Shown: piece after piece, positions 23,689 to 25,148 of the stretch
Layout: each line of letters opens with the position of its first letter
Numbering within the stretch: the first letter of the stretch is position 1
Source: Bacillota bacterium
GTDB lineage: Bacteria; Bacillota; Halanaerobiia; Halobacteroidales; Halobacteroidaceae
Length of the DNA stretch: 25,148 bases
NCBI GenBank assembly: GCA_051744465.1
Contig: JBNJDB010000009.1
Span: 1 to 25,148, forward strand
Reading direction: 5' to 3'
Position numbers and translations under genes: made by a program
The notes under the pieces: model-generated
Databases searched by the model: none
What the model was told of the DNA's origin: nothing
Seen by the model: the letters and a program-made list of their open reading frames with translations, nothing else

Positions 23689-24867
23689 TTACATAATTTC
23701 TAAATCAGCATGTAAGGCACCAGACTGTTTAATGGCTTGTAAAATCGAAATTACGTCACGAGGTTTAGCTCCCACACTATTTAACGCTTTAACAACATCA
23801 GAAATACTAGATCCTTTTGGTAATACTGTTAATCTTTGTTCTTCTTCATCAACCTCAACATCTTGATTTTCATTTTGTACAGGATCTTGTTGTTCCTCAT
23901 CATCCTCATCACCCTCATCATCTTGCTCTGGTTGAACAACTTCATTTTCAGTTGAAATAGTAACTGTTAAATTACCATGGCTAACTGAAACTTTAGAAAG
24001 CCGGACATTATGGCCCATCACAATTGTTCCTGTTCGCTCATTAATTACAACTTTAGCTTTAGTATCAGGCCTTACTGATAATTTACCCACCTGCGATACA
24101 AATTCTACTTTTCTATCGCGATAATGTTCAGGTACTTTTACTTCTACTTGTCCTGCATCTAAAGGTTTAGCATATTTTTCACCTTCAGGTGAATACCCGA
24201 ATTTACCATTAATTACCTTCGCAATATTTTCAGCTGTAGTAAAATTAGCCTCATTTACAACTAAATTGATTCGCTTATTATCACTAAAATTGCTAGGTAG
24301 AGTTTTTTCTACAAGAGCACCATTAGGAATTCTACCAACGGTTGTATGATTTTGTCGGACTTGGTCCCCACCTTGACCAGCATTAAAACCACCTATAGAA
24401 ACAGACCCTTGGCCTACTGCATAAACTTCATCTCCACTTGGCCCTTGTAAAGGAGTCATTAATAAAGTACCTCCTTGCAAACTATCAGCATCACCAATAG
24501 AAGATAAAGTTATATCAATCTCATCTCCACTCTGAGCAAAAGGGGGCAAATCAGCTGTTACCATTACTGCTGCTGCATTATTCAAACTTAAATTATCGGG
24601 ATTAACATCCACCCCAAAATTCTGTAACATATTTGCTACTGAACGAATAGTAAATTGACTACTTTGCCCATCACCAGTACCAGATAAACCAACTACTATT
24701 CCATAACCAATTAATTGATTATCTCTAACTCCTTTTACTCTAGTTATATCCTTAACCCTAACTAGTGGTTCATTATTCGATGACTGACTAGGAGTTAAAG
24801 CAACTCCTGTGTTAGTTACTAAAATTAATAACACTACAACTATAACTAGTTTAGCTATTTGCCTCAT
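23689..24867 (-). CDS. flgI: Flagellar P-ring protein FlgI
   Basis: 392 aa with a signal peptide. [31 protein letters not shown] matches the E. coli [30 protein letters not shown]. The C-terminus is [45 protein letters not shown] SD. Confidence 0.95.
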   Translation of the reverse strand: [392 protein letters not shown]

Positions 24868-24884
24868 TTCTTTCTCCCCCCATT

Positions 24885-25148
24885 TTAAAACAACCAGTTG
24901 AAGATTCTACTTAAAATTCCTGGGTCTTGCTTATCTCCTACTATTCCCTTACCAGAATAATTTATATTCACGTTTGCTAAATATCGGGATTCTACAGTAT
25001 TATCTGCTTCGATATCAGCTGGTCGAACAGAACCTGTTATCTCAATTTGTTGTTTTTCTCCATTAATATCTAATTCCTTAGTTCCAGCAATTTTCAAATT
25101 ACCATTAGTAGTTTTTTCAACTACCTTAACAGTCATATCAGCATCCAA
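24885..25148 (-). CDS. flgH: Flagellar L-ring protein FlgH (C-terminal part; the 5' end lies beyond the window)
   Basis: This is an 87-aa open frame reaching the window edge. GNLKIAGTKELDINGEKQQIEITGSVRPADIEADNTVESRYLANVNINYSGKG...GILSRIFNWLF is collinear with the E. coli FlgH C-terminus (VRPQDISPDNTV...WLSRFF). Confidence 0.9.
   Translation of the reverse strand: MDADMTVKVVEKTTNGNLKIAGTKELDINGEKQQIEITGSVRPADIEADNTVESRYLANVNINYSGKGIVGDKQDPGILSRIFNWLF

Noticed and set aside
1-25148. Scan for CRISPR arrays, tRNA/rRNA genes, IS elements, integrases, long inverted or direct repeats, and toxin-antitoxin or defence-type small gene pairs
   Set aside because: I found none by eye. Coding density on the minus strand is nearly complete, and the four intergenic gaps are explained by terminators, promoters or leaders. 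A computational repeat or ncRNA scan (Infernal/Rfam) would be needed to exclude small RNAs.

Overview
All 21 credible genes lie on the minus strand. They form one tightly packed, AT-rich (by eye) envelope-biogenesis supercluster with strong GGAGG-type Shine-Dalgarno sites and several TTG/GTG starts. Transcription order, from high to low coordinate, is: flgH (5' truncated by the window edge), flgI, a single-domain flgJ-like rod-binding gene and a secreted S55 (SpoIVB-type) peptidase, then a terminator. Next come a promoter, tamB, bamA, three tandem skp/ompH paralogs, lpxD and a small OM beta-barrel gene, then a second terminator. The last block is a promoter, lptF, lptG, lptD, lptC, lptA, a possible internal promoter, an 802-aa coiled-coil membrane protein, a GlnQ-type ABC ATPase, lpxC, fabZ and lpxA. 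LPS synthesis, Lpt, BAM/TAM and flagellar L/P-ring genes sit together in a low-GC genome with Firmicute-style translation signals and very acidic proteins. That matches the known outer-membrane cluster of diderm Firmicutes; Halanaerobiales is most likely and Negativicutes less so (inference only). I saw no RNA genes, CRISPR arrays or mobile elements. The best candidate for something undescribed is the two-gene ABC module sitting where lptB would be expected: a polar-amino-acid-type ATPase plus a 4-TM protein with a roughly 620-aa periplasmic alpha/beta and coiled-coil domain and a C-terminal EAA-like coupling motif. Other leads are an S55 peptidase whose Ser and His lobes are in the reverse order to SpoIVB, a 390-aa giant Skp paralog, a lipoprotein Skp, helically phased direct repeats over the lptF promoter, and a conserved LptD cysteine pair.
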